A stretch of 49,058 nucleotides of DNA from Bdellovibrionales bacterium RIFOXYD12_FULL_39_22 (GTDB lineage: Bacteria; Bdellovibrionota; Bacteriovoracia; Bacteriovoracales; Bacteriovoracaceae), in NCBI GenBank assembly GCA_001770205.1, contig MEQL01000037.1, forward strand, positions 62,001 through 111,058, given 5' to 3'. The position numbers were made by a program, and so were the translations under genes. Below the pieces are notes generated by a model. The model made no database searches and was not told the DNA's origin. It saw only the letters and a list, made by a program, of their open reading frames with translations. Positions 10,669 through 20,635 of this stretch are shown in pieces. How positions within the stretch are numbered: position 1 is the first letter of the stretch; the number at the start of each line of letters is the position of its first letter.

Positions 10669-10838
10669 ACAACGTATCCGCAAGTAAAAGTTTATTAAAG
10701 TCGGCAACATATAACGGGCCATAAGTTCTGTAAATATGGTGTGTGATTTTTACATGCAACTTTTGCCTAGATTTACATGGGGTAACTATTAAACTAGACT
10801 TTATTGCTACGATACTGGTTAACACCAAAGAGGCCAGC

Positions 10839-11402
10839 ATGATTGTTTTATTAAGTGGTTTTATGGGCGCAGGAAAGAGTTCTCTCTTATCTAAACTAAG
10901 AAGAAATAGTTCTGCTGCCGATCAATTCTCTCTTTTGGACCTAGATGAGGAAGTTGAGAGAAATTGTCGGAAGAGTATATCTCAACTGGTTGAAAAAAAT
11001 GGTTGGGAATATTTTCGTAAAATAGAGAAAAATTTATTTTATAAGTTGTGCAATTCTCGTAGCAATTTGGTTGTGGCGCTAGGTGGAGGGACGTTGGATG
11101 CGGTTCAAATTCAAAATTTACGCGCAAATAACAACATTGTTATCATTTGGCTGAATACTCCCTTTAATGTTTGCCTAGCAAGAATTTTGAGCGAGAAAAA
11201 TAACAGACCATTGGCCCAAGAGGATGCAGGAATGTTGGAGCGTTTGTACGAGAACAGACTTAAGACATACAAACAGTGCGATATAGGGTTGAATGTGGAA
11301 GATCAGGAAAAAATAAATGGGGTTGATGATATTTTAAACCTTATAAGCAATAGACTTAAAACATCGAACTTCGTAAAATGTAATTATGATTTGAATCTCT
11401 AA
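10839..11402 (+). CDS. aroK: Shikimate kinase
   Basis: GFMGAGKS P-loop, DLD, FR..E, ALGGG and RPL. Start reassigned to ATG 10839 after GAGG. Confidence 0.9.
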   Translation: MIVLLSGFMGAGKSSLLSKLRRNSSAADQFSLLDLDEEVERNCRKSISQLVEKNGWEYFRKIEKNLFYKLCNSRSNLVVALGGGTLDAVQIQNLRANNNIVIIWLNTPFNVCLARILSEKNNRPLAQEDAGMLERLYENRLKTYKQCDIGLNVEDQEKINGVDDILNLISNRLKTSNFVKCNYDLNL

Positions 11403-11419
11403 ATTAACAGGAGCTTTTT

Positions 11420-12961
11420 GTGGAACAACTTGATCCTAACAAATCAATTGAGAAATTGGATGTGGCCATTTTAATGGACGATATGGTGGAGATTAGAAAG
11501 ATTTCTGAAATCTTTCGAAAAATTGGAGTTGTTCCTTCGTTTTATAAAGATCTGAAGGCCTTCTGGTATGAAACTGTTAATAAAATCCCCGCTATTTGTA
11601 TTATTGATGTATTAAAAATGAGTGAAGGTGAGTTGGCATTAAAAAACCATCCCAGCGTAAAAAAAGAGGAGTTGCCGATAGTTTTTTATTATACAGAAGA
11701 GACTCAACCGCTTTTGGTCTCGGCCTACGAAATATTTAATTTTGGTCTTTTAAAAAAAGTTGATAACTATGCTGGGCCAGTCAAAAATATTTTAAGAAGA
11801 GTTAATAAATTTGTTGACGCGGAAGAGAAGAGTCGCGAGCTTTCCAAGAGTAGAATCGATTTAGATAAGCAGTTGAATAAGGTAGTGGAAGCGACTTCGC
11901 GTTATCGCGAGAATGAATTCTATCAAAATAAACTAAACGATTTGATGAAAGAATTTGATGGCCAACGAGTTAAGGCCGTGGATGTTTTTAATGCTTGCGA
12001 TAATGTTTTTTTAAAGTGGACAGAGGTTACAAGGTTTTCTTTTTTAGAATTAAGCCACAATTGTCAAAAGTTGATATCACCAGACTCTTTAAATGCTAAA
12101 TATAAAAAAATCCCCACATTATGGCTTGGGCAGACGAGTAATAGGGGGGTTGAGCCATTTGCACAAAATATGGCCAACCAGGTGGCCATAGATTTATTGG
12201 GTGGAAATATTATATCCATCATGATTCGAGGTACTAACGAGTTGCCAGAGAAAATTTTATTTGTGCAATCAAGCGATGAAGATTTTTTAGATAAGTTTGA
12301 TTGGGAAAATTTAGAGCGCTATCTGTCTGGGCTTAATAATTTCTATGACGCAAAAAACCGGCCATTGGCCAATAACAGAGAACTAATTGTTGGCCCGTGG
12401 GAGTTAATGTCACTTTTGGATAGATATTTTTTTGGCGCAGTTGCGAATGATCTTGGCTCCCCTCAAGTAATGGACGATGTTTACTTGTTTGACGTGGATT
12501 TTTCTAATTTAATTTATGTTATACGGAGCAGTGCCAAGTTGCGATTTTATTGGAGCAATTTTTTTGGTGAATTTATAAATAAACTCAAAACACAATATAG
12601 CTCAATAGAGTTTACTGCCACGAGTATGGGCGTTGGCCATTTGGCCATTTTGGCCAACAAAGAGATGGGGGGAGATTTTTTTGTTGCGCTGAAGGCATTT
12701 GTTGGCCGCTATCCCTACTGGCGTCACTTTGAGGATGTCGATTTAGTAATAGCTAAAAATATAAAACCGATGGTTAAAATGATTCCACTTTCTCCGGAAG
12801 CGTATATGCGTTATCTCGAGGATAACCAAGAAGAGGGTTTTTCTAAAATGGCCAAAGTGACTTCTATGAAAAGTGCTAGCAATGCGACAGTAACAGTTTC
12901 TTCGTCGGATAGACGTTCAGAAAAAAACCAACTACTTCATGTGAGGAACGATGCCAATTAA
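11420..12961 (+). CDS. Hypothetical signalling protein: receiver-like N-terminus, coiled coil, possible GAF-like and degenerate GGDEF-like C-terminal region
   Basis: AGGAG RBS and GTG start. VAILMDD...CIIDV...PIVF is REC-like; YLFDVDFSNL and SMGVGHLAILA align by eye to GGDEF D.D.FK and R.GGDEF. Confidence 0.55.
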   Translation: MEQLDPNKSIEKLDVAILMDDMVEIRKISEIFRKIGVVPSFYKDLKAFWYETVNKIPAICIIDVLKMSEGELALKNHPSVKKEELPIVFYYTEETQPLLVSAYEIFNFGLLKKVDNYAGPVKNILRRVNKFVDAEEKSRELSKSRIDLDKQLNKVVEATSRYRENEFYQNKLNDLMKEFDGQRVKAVDVFNACDNVFLKWTEVTRFSFLELSHNCQKLISPDSLNAKYKKIPTLWLGQTSNRGVEPFAQNMANQVAIDLLGGNIISIMIRGTNELPEKILFVQSSDEDFLDKFDWENLERYLSGLNNFYDAKNRPLANNRELIVGPWELMSLLDRYFFGAVANDLGSPQVMDDVYLFDVDFSNLIYVIRSSAKLRFYWSNFFGEFINKLKTQYSSIEFTATSMGVGHLAILANKEMGGDFFVALKAFVGRYPYWRHFEDVDLVIAKNIKPMVKMIPLSPEAYMRYLEDNQEEGFSKMAKVTSMKSASNATVTVSSSDRRSEKNQLLHVRNDAN

Positions 12962-13745
12962 GACAGGTGCTGGCCTTATTGAGAAGTTTGGTGACTCAAT
13001 ACTGCGTGCGATAGAGGAGACTGGAAAAGTTACTCTTTTTGTTGGGCAGTTTTTTTATTGGGTTTTTAGGCCACCTTTTCGCTTTAGATTGCTTTTTGCG
13101 CAGCTTTACTTCATTGGGAACAAAAGTCTTTTTATTATATGTCTTTCGGGTGCGTTTACGGGGATGGTGCTTGCCTATCAGACCTATTTTGGCTTTAAGA
13201 TAATTTCTGTTGATTCACTAGTAGGTCCCGTGGTGGCCATTAGTTTGGCCCGCGAGTTGGCCCCTGTTCTCTCTGGACTTATTGTCGCCGGACGGGCTGG
13301 GGCCGCAATGGCCGCACAAATTGGAACCATGAAGGTCACCGAACAAGTCGATGCATTGGAAGTTATGGGCATCGATAGCTATCAATATTTGGCACTACCT
13401 AGAATTATTGCTGGGACATTATCACTCCCTATGCTGACAATTATTTTTTTACTAGTAGGTAATTTGGGAGGTTGGCTGGTGGGAACTAAGGCCTTGATGA
13501 TTGACGAAACTATGTATTTTTCCAAACTTGGGGAGTTCATGTTTTTAGCAGATATTTACCAAGGAGTGATAAAGTCAATTTTTTTTGGTTTTAGTATTGC
13601 GGTAATAGGAACATATTTTGGTTTTGAAGTTAAGAGAGGTGCGGAGGGGGTTGGGAAAGGAACGAATATGGCCGTAGTTTGGGGGATGATTTTTGTTTTG
13701 ATCTCCGATTATTTTTTAACAAGTTTTTTAATTAAAATTTTATAG
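12951..13745 (+). CDS. mlaE: MlaE-family lipid ABC permease
   Basis: RELAPVL, AGRAGAAMAAQIGTMKVTEQVDALEVMG. Confidence 0.95.
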   Translation: MPIKTGAGLIEKFGDSILRAIEETGKVTLFVGQFFYWVFRPPFRFRLLFAQLYFIGNKSLFIICLSGAFTGMVLAYQTYFGFKIISVDSLVGPVVAISLARELAPVLSGLIVAGRAGAAMAAQIGTMKVTEQVDALEVMGIDSYQYLALPRIIAGTLSLPMLTIIFLLVGNLGGWLVGTKALMIDETMYFSKLGEFMFLADIYQGVIKSIFFGFSIAVIGTYFGFEVKRGAEGVGKGTNMAVVWGMIFVLISDYFLTSFLIKIL

Positions 13746-13757
13746 GTTAGTTTGACG

Positions 13758-14513
13758 ATGAATCTTGATTCTAAAGATGTGGTTATCTCTATTCGAAACT
13801 TAAAAAAAAGTTTTGGACAGTATAGCATAATTAATGATCTGAATTTTGATATTAAGCGTGGAAGCATAACCACGATTTTGGGTTTTTCGGGTGCGGGTAA
13901 GTCTACACTTTTAAAACATATTTTGGGATTACTACGGCCAACCTCAGGCCATGTTTTTGTAAATGGCCAAGATATCTCCAATCTAGGAGGAGTTGCGCTG
14001 CGAGAGTTTAGACGAAATTTTGGGATGCTTTTTCAGTATGCGGCACTTTTTGACTCCCTTAGCGCCTTTGAAAATGTGGCCTTCCCACTTAGAGAATTTA
14101 CTAAAGATTCTGAAGCTGAAATTTCGCGAAAAGTAAAAAGCTTATTAGAATCGGTTAATATATTAGAAAACTCTTTTTATAAACTACCATCAGAGCTCTC
14201 AGGCGGGATGCGAAAAAGAGTTGGATTAGCGCGAGGTTTGGCGTTAAACCCTGATATTATGCTCTATGATGAACCAACTACAGGCCTTGATCCAATCACG
14301 ACAAAAATGGTCAACGAGTTAATTGTGCAAACTGCCAAAAATAATAAACAGCGGCAGATGACCACTATAATAATCTCTCACGATGTAAAAGCTTCCCTGG
14401 CAATTTCAGACTTTATCGCATTCCTAGAACATGGTAGAATTGTGGAATATTCTACGGCCTCTGAATTTGCGCAATCTAAGAATCGGATTGTGCAGGAATT
14501 CATAAACTTATAG
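13758..14513 (+). CDS. mlaF: MlaF-family ABC ATPase
   Basis: GFSGAGKS, LFQYAALFDSL, LSGGMRKRVGLAR and YDEPTTGLDP. Confidence 0.95.
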   Translation: MNLDSKDVVISIRNLKKSFGQYSIINDLNFDIKRGSITTILGFSGAGKSTLLKHILGLLRPTSGHVFVNGQDISNLGGVALREFRRNFGMLFQYAALFDSLSAFENVAFPLREFTKDSEAEISRKVKSLLESVNILENSFYKLPSELSGGMRKRVGLARGLALNPDIMLYDEPTTGLDPITTKMVNELIVQTAKNNKQRQMTTIIISHDVKASLAISDFIAFLEHGRIVEYSTASEFAQSKNRIVQEFINL

Positions 14514-14539
14514 CCGCAGACAAAACAAAGTAGGGACGC

Positions 14540-15916
14540 ATGGATGCATTTAAAGTCGGTTTGATGGCAATTGCCACGCTTATTTCAATTGGTTTGATGT
14601 CTTTGAAAATAACTTCTAATCAATCAGGTTTTGGAGATTATATTCCCTACCGAACAATCGTAAAAGATGCTTCAGGTATTTTTCCTAAAACGCCAATCAA
14701 AGTGGCAGGTATTTCTGCTGGGAGGATTCAAAAAATTGAATTGCAGGGAAATACTGCCCTAATAACGTTTGAGGTTTTAGATAAAGTTAAAGTGACGGTG
14801 GGCTCTAAGCTAAAAGTAAAAACAGTTGGTTTTTTAGGGGATAAATATTTGGAGATCGCGATAAATGAGGCGAGTGATCAGGATATAGAGTCGATGGGAT
14901 TAATTGAATCAGATCTGGGGGCCGGCTTTGATGCGTTGGCCAAAGATGCATCGGAGGCCCTTCGCGAGATTAAGGCCGTTGCTGAAGAATTACGCAACGA
15001 CTTGGCCCCAGCAGATGGAAGTCGTCCAGTGAAACAGATTTTAGATGATACGGGGGCCATGGTGGCCAATGCTCGCGAAATTAGTGAGACCTTACGTCAC
15101 ATCTTTGTTGATAACCAAGAAAAGTTCAATCAAGCAGCTGATGATATCGCCTTTTTTACTGAGCAACTTAGAAAACAAGTTGATCAGACAAAAGATGATA
15201 GTTTAATGGCAGAAGCGCGTCAGGTGATGAAGAATCTATCAAAGCTTACAGATGATCTTCGGGTTGTTGCCAATAATATCAAAAATGGTAAGGGAACGGT
15301 TGGAAAGTTGTTGTCAGAGGATCAAATTGCGGATGAGGTTCGTGAGACGTTATCCAGTGTAAAGAAAATTGTAAAAAAGGCGGATACTATCCGCACCGAA
15401 CTCTCTCTTAACACTGGCCTTAATACGGAGTATGGAGGAGAAACGGGACTTGGCCTTAGAATTTTTCCAGCTCCAGAACGATTTTATCACTTGGGCCTTC
15501 TAACTTCTGAGTTCGGGCAAGAAAAAGAAAGAGAAATAACCACAACGGTTAATGGTGGCGTTTCTCGAACTGAAAATAGAAAGGTACGGGAGAAAAATTC
15601 GTATCGTTTAAATATTCAATTAGGAAGAAAAATTCAAAACTTTGCGTTTAGAGGAGGCCTGATTGATTCCACCGGAGGATTGGGAGTTGACTATGAAAGG
15701 CCAGAGTGGGGAACTAAGTTTCTTGTGGAAACATTTGATTATGGGCAGGCCAATAATTTTAATCTGCGCCTAGGAACGGAAATACACTTATGGAATGTTT
15801 TTTATGGAAAAGTTTCTGGGGAAGATTTGATCAACAAACAGCGTAGCTATACGTTCAGTATGGGTATTCGTTTTTTGGATGAAGACTTAAAAGGTTTGAT
15901 TGGTTTTATGTTTTAG
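14540..15916 (+). CDS. mlaD: Long MlaD/MCE protein with helical stalk and beta-strand-rich C-terminal domain
   Basis: N-terminal TM (FKVG), MCE core (V.VAG...G.I, GFLGDKYLEI), GKGTVGKLL, and about 170 aa of amphipathic beta-strands at the C-terminus. Confidence 0.9.
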   Translation: MDAFKVGLMAIATLISIGLMSLKITSNQSGFGDYIPYRTIVKDASGIFPKTPIKVAGISAGRIQKIELQGNTALITFEVLDKVKVTVGSKLKVKTVGFLGDKYLEIAINEASDQDIESMGLIESDLGAGFDALAKDASEALREIKAVAEELRNDLAPADGSRPVKQILDDTGAMVANAREISETLRHIFVDNQEKFNQAADDIAFFTEQLRKQVDQTKDDSLMAEARQVMKNLSKLTDDLRVVANNIKNGKGTVGKLLSEDQIADEVRETLSSVKKIVKKADTIRTELSLNTGLNTEYGGETGLGLRIFPAPERFYHLGLLTSEFGQEKEREITTTVNGGVSRTENRKVREKNSYRLNIQLGRKIQNFAFRGGLIDSTGGLGVDYERPEWGTKFLVETFDYGQANNFNLRLGTEIHLWNVFYGKVSGEDLINKQRSYTFSMGIRFLDEDLKGLIGFMF

Positions 15917-15928
15917 CTCAAGGTTGCT

Positions 15929-17002
15929 ATGGAGAGAAATTGGCTGATACGAACGAAGGGTAAACAGATTCTGGGGCCAGTGTCTCGAGATAAAATCGTT
16001 TCACTTGTAGAGAAGAATGCCTTGGGAGAAGAGGACGAGCTTTGTTCTGGAAATGGCTTTTGGTTTCAGGTCAGAGACAACGAAATGATTGATAAGCACT
16101 TAATTGGTGCGGCCCTGCAGGATTTTAATCGCATTTCAGAATCAGTCTCCGTTTTAACTTCTCCTCCTTCGGATGCACAGATCAAATCATCATCAGAAAA
16201 AGTATCTAAGGTTTTAGAGAATACGGTAGTGACCAATCTTAAAGGGATGAAATTTGATGTTGTGGCAGAGGGCCCAGAAAATACTTCGCAAGATGCGCCG
16301 GTAGAATCAAAGAAGGTGGAGTCAGATGCAGATGGAATGGTTAGATTGCCATCAGAAAAAGATTTGGAATATCCAGACTTGCCAGGTAGTGAAGTACCTG
16401 CAAAATCGGAAATGGTTTTGCCAAAGAGTGAGGATTTAGAATTTCCAGATTTATTGGGAGGGGCCAGCGGTAAAATACCAACAGAGATACCACAATCGTC
16501 ATTGTCACAATCGGAGTTACCAGCGTCGATTTCGGCCATTTCATCAGAAGAAAGTGAGGTTCCCTCTCGACATTCCGGGGCAATAGAAATTGATTTTCAA
16601 AATATGGAATCTTCTGCTGGGCCATCGGGCCAGTCTCCAGATTCGGGAATAATAGGGCCAGAGGATGATCACGCCAAAAGAGCAGAGCGAATAAGGGAGA
16701 AAATTTCTAAGTCCCAGAAGGCATTTAATACTCAGGAAATTCGCATTAGAAATATTGGCCGGGAAGTAACGGCCAGAAAAAAGCGTCCGGCCAGTGGCAC
16801 GGGCAGCAAAGGGATTAGAAAGAAAGAAAGAAGCGATGGATATTTGAATGTTCTTTTTTTTCTTTTCATTTCGGCCTTGCTGGCCATCGCATATTATTAT
16901 ATCTCTGTAATCAAACGGCCATTTCCTGAAGTTAGTATGATAAAAGAGGTAGTAAAATCCAGCAAGCGAAGTGCTTATGCGGATCGAGTACTAGATGGGT
17001 AA
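15929..17002 (+). CDS. GYF_2-domain membrane protein with long Ser/Pro/Glu-rich linker
   Basis: WLIR...ILGPVS...I...V....LGEEDELC...GFW is GYF_2-like; single TM near the C-terminus. Confidence 0.7.
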   Translation: MERNWLIRTKGKQILGPVSRDKIVSLVEKNALGEEDELCSGNGFWFQVRDNEMIDKHLIGAALQDFNRISESVSVLTSPPSDAQIKSSSEKVSKVLENTVVTNLKGMKFDVVAEGPENTSQDAPVESKKVESDADGMVRLPSEKDLEYPDLPGSEVPAKSEMVLPKSEDLEFPDLLGGASGKIPTEIPQSSLSQSELPASISAISSEESEVPSRHSGAIEIDFQNMESSAGPSGQSPDSGIIGPEDDHAKRAERIREKISKSQKAFNTQEIRIRNIGREVTARKKRPASGTGSKGIRKKERSDGYLNVLFFLFISALLAIAYYYISVIKRPFPEVSMIKEVVKSSKRSAYADRVLDG

Positions 17003-17612
17003 GAAAAAAACTATTTATGTGTATCCTACCGATACTGTTTGGGGAATTGGCGCAAGTATTTATGATGAAGAGGCGACAGAGTTAATTAATGGTATTAAGA
17101 AATCTCCAGAACAAAAACCCCTTTCTATTTTGTATTCAGACGTTGAGCGAATGCAAAAAGATTTTTTATTAGATAGCTTATTTAATTTAGAGTTTATAAA
17201 AACGATAATGGCGATGGAGGTGACGCTAGTCATTGATTTATCACTAGCGCAGATATCGATTCCTTCTTGGATATCCAAGGGATCATCAAGTGTGTTTGTT
17301 CGTTGTCTGGGATATGATTTTTTAAAAAAAATTATAGAAGATACGGGGGCACCAATTAGCACCACGAGTTTAAATTTTTCTGGAGATCCTCCAATAAAGG
17401 ATTTTGATGGTGCTAAGAAGTTTTATTCGAAGATAAGAGCTTCGGCCAAAGAGGTTGAAATTATTTTTATAGATAATGCTGATTTGAAATGTTCTGGCCA
17501 ATCCTCTTCTATAATACGATTAGGAACTGATGGATTGCACTTTGTGCGCGAAGGGAAGCGGGTTAATGAAATCAAAATGGCATGTAGATTATTTTCAGCC
17601 AAGTTTTTATAG
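16995..17612 (+). CDS. tsaC: Sua5/YrdC threonylcarbamoyl-AMP synthase family protein
   Basis: YPTDTVWGIG, K...KPLS and STTSLN motifs. Confidence 0.85.
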   Translation: MGKKKTIYVYPTDTVWGIGASIYDEEATELINGIKKSPEQKPLSILYSDVERMQKDFLLDSLFNLEFIKTIMAMEVTLVIDLSLAQISIPSWISKGSSSVFVRCLGYDFLKKIIEDTGAPISTTSLNFSGDPPIKDFDGAKKFYSKIRASAKEVEIIFIDNADLKCSGQSSSIIRLGTDGLHFVREGKRVNEIKMACRLFSAKFL

Positions 17613-18186
17613 GTTTTCGGAAGATTCTATTTTATTGTCAAAGATAGCAGTAAGCTCAATGAATTTAAAATCGACTTGTCGGGTGATAGATATTTGCTGC
17701 GGCTGTGGAGTTATTGGGATTGAAATATTGGCAAGTACCATTGGATATGAATTTGTTATGGATTTTTGCGAGATGCAATCGCAATTTATTCCGTTCATAG
17801 ATAAGAATTTAAGAATATATGAAAAAATATTGTCCAGAGGAGGGGAGGTTTTTAATATAGATTATCGAAATCTTATGCAAAATAGGCCTTCGGGACATTA
17901 CGATTATGTTGTGGCAAATCCACCATACTTTCTTCCGGGAGAAGGGTTGCCTGCGGCCCTGGATGAGCGCAATATCTGTCGTTTCTTTTTATATGGTGGC
18001 CTTCAAGATTTATTAGAAACTGCCGCATTTTTAGTGCGAGATGGTGGAAAAATATTTTTTTCATGTCGCTTATCAAAAGAGAAAATTCAGACTATTTTGC
18101 CATTCGGATCAAAAATTGAGTCGTGCATTGAATTTAAAGATGTATTATTTTTTACTGTCTCTGTTTTGAAGAAAGATAGAGGTTAG
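17566..18186 (+). CDS. SAM-dependent N6-adenine methyltransferase, tRNA1(Val) A37 (YfiC/TrmN6)-like
   Basis: Q...YRFSEDSILL, DICCGCGVI and VANPPYF motifs. Confidence 0.75.
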   Translation: MKSKWHVDYFQPSFYRFSEDSILLSKIAVSSMNLKSTCRVIDICCGCGVIGIEILASTIGYEFVMDFCEMQSQFIPFIDKNLRIYEKILSRGGEVFNIDYRNLMQNRPSGHYDYVVANPPYFLPGEGLPAALDERNICRFFLYGGLQDLLETAAFLVRDGGKIFFSCRLSKEKIQTILPFGSKIESCIEFKDVLFFTVSVLKKDRG

Positions 18187-18696
18187 CGTCTCTTTTAAAT
18201 CGCAGTCTTCTATTTGTGCTAGAAGAGCATCGGCTTCTTTTTTTAAGCGCTTATACTCTGGTGATTGTGAGTGCATTTTAAAGGAGGATTGTCGCTTCTG
18301 GTTGTTAGCACAAATGTTTATAAATTTGGCCTGCTGCTCGGAGAAATGAGCACTATTTACTTGAAATTTTATATTGTCAATTTTCCCACGTAACATTGGA
18401 AACATTTCAGTTATATTAGTGCGGATTTTTTCATCTAAAAAACTAACCATTGATGAGTAGGCAGAGTGGTCGGTTAAAATAGTTAGAGTTCCTTTTGTAA
18501 GTTTAAGAGGAATTGAGTTTTGGGCAATTCGCTGGCCAACAATTTCTTCCCAGTGTTTTATAAGAGACAAAAAATCAAAAAGTTCTTCAGAGGTATTTTT
18601 TTTCAAGCGGCCACGGCCGCTTTTTTCATAAGATGGGGCGGTAATTCCTAGCGAGGAAAAAATAGAGTTCAGATGTTTGAAGTTATGTTGTGCCAT
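18145..18696 (-). CDS. dciA: DciA/DUF721 replicative helicase loader family protein
   Basis: WEEIVG..IA..S.P..L..GTL.I...S pattern. Confidence 0.75.
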   Translation of the reverse strand: MAQHNFKHLNSIFSSLGITAPSYEKSGRGRLKKNTSEELFDFLSLIKHWEEIVGQRIAQNSIPLKLTKGTLTILTDHSAYSSMVSFLDEKIRTNITEMFPMLRGKIDNIKFQVNSAHFSEQQAKFINICANNQKRQSSFKMHSQSPEYKRLKKEADALLAQIEDCDLKETLTSIFLQNRDSKK

Positions 18697-18760
18697 TACA
18701 TTAATATGCTAATACGAGTTGGTATCATAGGCAATCTATGATATATTTATTGAAATTTGA

Positions 18761-19444
18761 ATGAGAATTTTTGCTATGTTATTTTTCAAAATTTTGATAT
18801 TGACTTTGCCATTAGTTTCTTGTGCTGGTTATTACGCTAAAACCAGGTCTAACCCCCTGTCGCAGTATGGGGTTTATTGTGTTTCTATTCCCATGTTTAT
18901 AAACAAGTCGATTATTCCAAATGCCAATGTTCACATGACAAGGTCTATTATTCATACCTTGTCTCAATATGACGGTTTGGATGTTTTAATTGGTGAAACG
19001 GAGAGTTGCCCAGCAATTTTAATTGGGGTAGTTTCGTCTGCAGAGCATGTAAACAGTGCGATTAAGGCGAAATCTCCCCAGGCCTTTATTAAGGGTGGTT
19101 TTTCAACATCATCAATTGGAGAGAGAAATAGCTTTTATGTTCCAGATACGACAAATGTAAGGCTTTCAGTGCAATTGGCACTGGTAAAAAATCCAAGTTA
19201 TACCGAGAGGCAGTTAATAACCTCAGATTGGGGGCCGCAAATTAGGGATAATCCTAAAATTATTTTCAATAATACCTTTAATTTGTCAGGAGATTTTTCG
19301 CGATTTATTTCTTCTAATTTGTCTCCGGATGAAGGCGGCGTAGTTAATTATACTAAAAACAAAGAATTGCTGGATGAGGAAATTGTAGCTCTTTCACAGA
19401 CCTTGGCCAATATGTTTAAGGAAATGGTCTTGTATGTATTCTAA
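18761..19444 (+). CDS. lptE: LptE-like outer-membrane lipoprotein
   Basis: Lipobox LVS-C followed by GY; VSIPMF.N motif; directly upstream of holA as in the conserved lptE-holA order. Confidence 0.7.
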   Translation: MRIFAMLFFKILILTLPLVSCAGYYAKTRSNPLSQYGVYCVSIPMFINKSIIPNANVHMTRSIIHTLSQYDGLDVLIGETESCPAILIGVVSSAEHVNSAIKAKSPQAFIKGGFSTSSIGERNSFYVPDTTNVRLSVQLALVKNPSYTERQLITSDWGPQIRDNPKIIFNNTFNLSGDFSRFISSNLSPDEGGVVNYTKNKELLDEEIVALSQTLANMFKEMVLYVF

Positions 19445-20378
19445 ATATTCTCCGTGGGATTTTAAAAGAGAACACGATTCAGTTTTGTCGACAAATGGTG
19501 ATAAGTTTTATGCTATAAAAAGTGCTGATTGCTATGTAGAAAAATTCGTTATAGACCGCGTGAAAAAACACCACTCGGATATTTCTTGGGTGATGACAAC
19601 TGGTTCGCAGTTAACTGTTAGTTGGCTGGAAGAGCAGTTGTTGGAGTTTAATTTTTTTAAGGGTAATGATGGCCACATTGTTTTGGGTAGTGAATTAATT
19701 TCATCCGCGGTTAAAGATTTTTTTTTGGCCAATGCTAAAAAACTTGATAACTATGTCGTTTTATTTTTTCAGAAAAGCACTAAGGGATTTGAGGAATTAG
19801 TCAAAGGAAGTGGTACTTTTTTTTCTATCGAAGCTCCAAATTTTTGGGAATGGAGTCGTTACTTAAGTTATCTTTTGGCCGAAATGGAGGTCTCGCTTTC
19901 TGCTGAAATTCGTAACTACATTGTTTCAAATGTTCCAAACACCCCAGATGATACTATTCGGGCAATTAATGCTACAAAAGAGTTGGACAAAGAGAAAATA
20001 TCGCCAGAGGAGTTGAAGGAGCTCTTGGGAGGGAATCGGCTAGACGTATTTGCCATGGCATCGCTATGGACACAAAAGAAGCGAGGAGCATTTTATCAAA
20101 AAATAATTGATGGCGGACTTGATGAGGAACAGGTAAAAACTCTTTTTGCATTCATGCAGGGCCATCTTATTCGCCTAAGTGATCCATCATATCTTGAAAA
20201 AAAATCAAGCTTGAGTAAATATGATAGAGAAATTTCTCAGATGTCTCAGCAATGGACCGCACAAGAGGTGGCCAAAGATTTGCGCATATTTGCAGATGGG
20301 TATTTAAAAATTAGAAACGGCCAAAGTGAACATTGGCGAATAATTAAAAATCTATACGTTGAAAATATGCTTTTTTAG
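19434..20378 (+). CDS. holA: Divergent DNA polymerase III delta subunit
   Basis: 314 aa; lptE-X-(convergent) rpsT synteny; delta-like segments (LLEFNFF, DVFAM). Sequence support is weak. Confidence 0.65.
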   Translation: MYSKYSPWDFKREHDSVLSTNGDKFYAIKSADCYVEKFVIDRVKKHHSDISWVMTTGSQLTVSWLEEQLLEFNFFKGNDGHIVLGSELISSAVKDFFLANAKKLDNYVVLFFQKSTKGFEELVKGSGTFFSIEAPNFWEWSRYLSYLLAEMEVSLSAEIRNYIVSNVPNTPDDTIRAINATKELDKEKISPEELKELLGGNRLDVFAMASLWTQKKRGAFYQKIIDGGLDEEQVKTLFAFMQGHLIRLSDPSYLEKKSSLSKYDREISQMSQQWTAQEVAKDLRIFADGYLKIRNGQSEHWRIIKNLYVENMLF

Positions 20379-20635
20379 AGTTTTGCTATTTGAGAGGCAA
20401 GTCGCGAATTGATTCTGGCAGCATTACCTTTCTTCGTCACACCATTCTGGGCCAATTTATCGTTTAGCTTTTGCACGACAGGATATAATTTTAGGGCCTC
20501 ATTTTTGTTTTTTTCGGCAATTGCAGTTCGGATTTTTTTTACAAAGGTTTTAACCTCTGACTCGCGTCGCTTGTTAATATTAGTTTTTTTAATGGTTTGC
20601 TTGGCCCGTTTCTCTGAAGATTTGTGATTTGCCAC
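20375..20635 (-). CDS. rpsT: 30S ribosomal protein S20
   Basis: ANHKSSEKR...NAARINSRL; AGGAG RBS and GTG start. Confidence 0.96.
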   Translation of the reverse strand: MANHKSSEKRAKQTIKKTNINKRRESEVKTFVKKIRTAIAEKNKNEALKLYPVVQKLNDKLAQNGVTKKGNAARINSRLASQIAKL

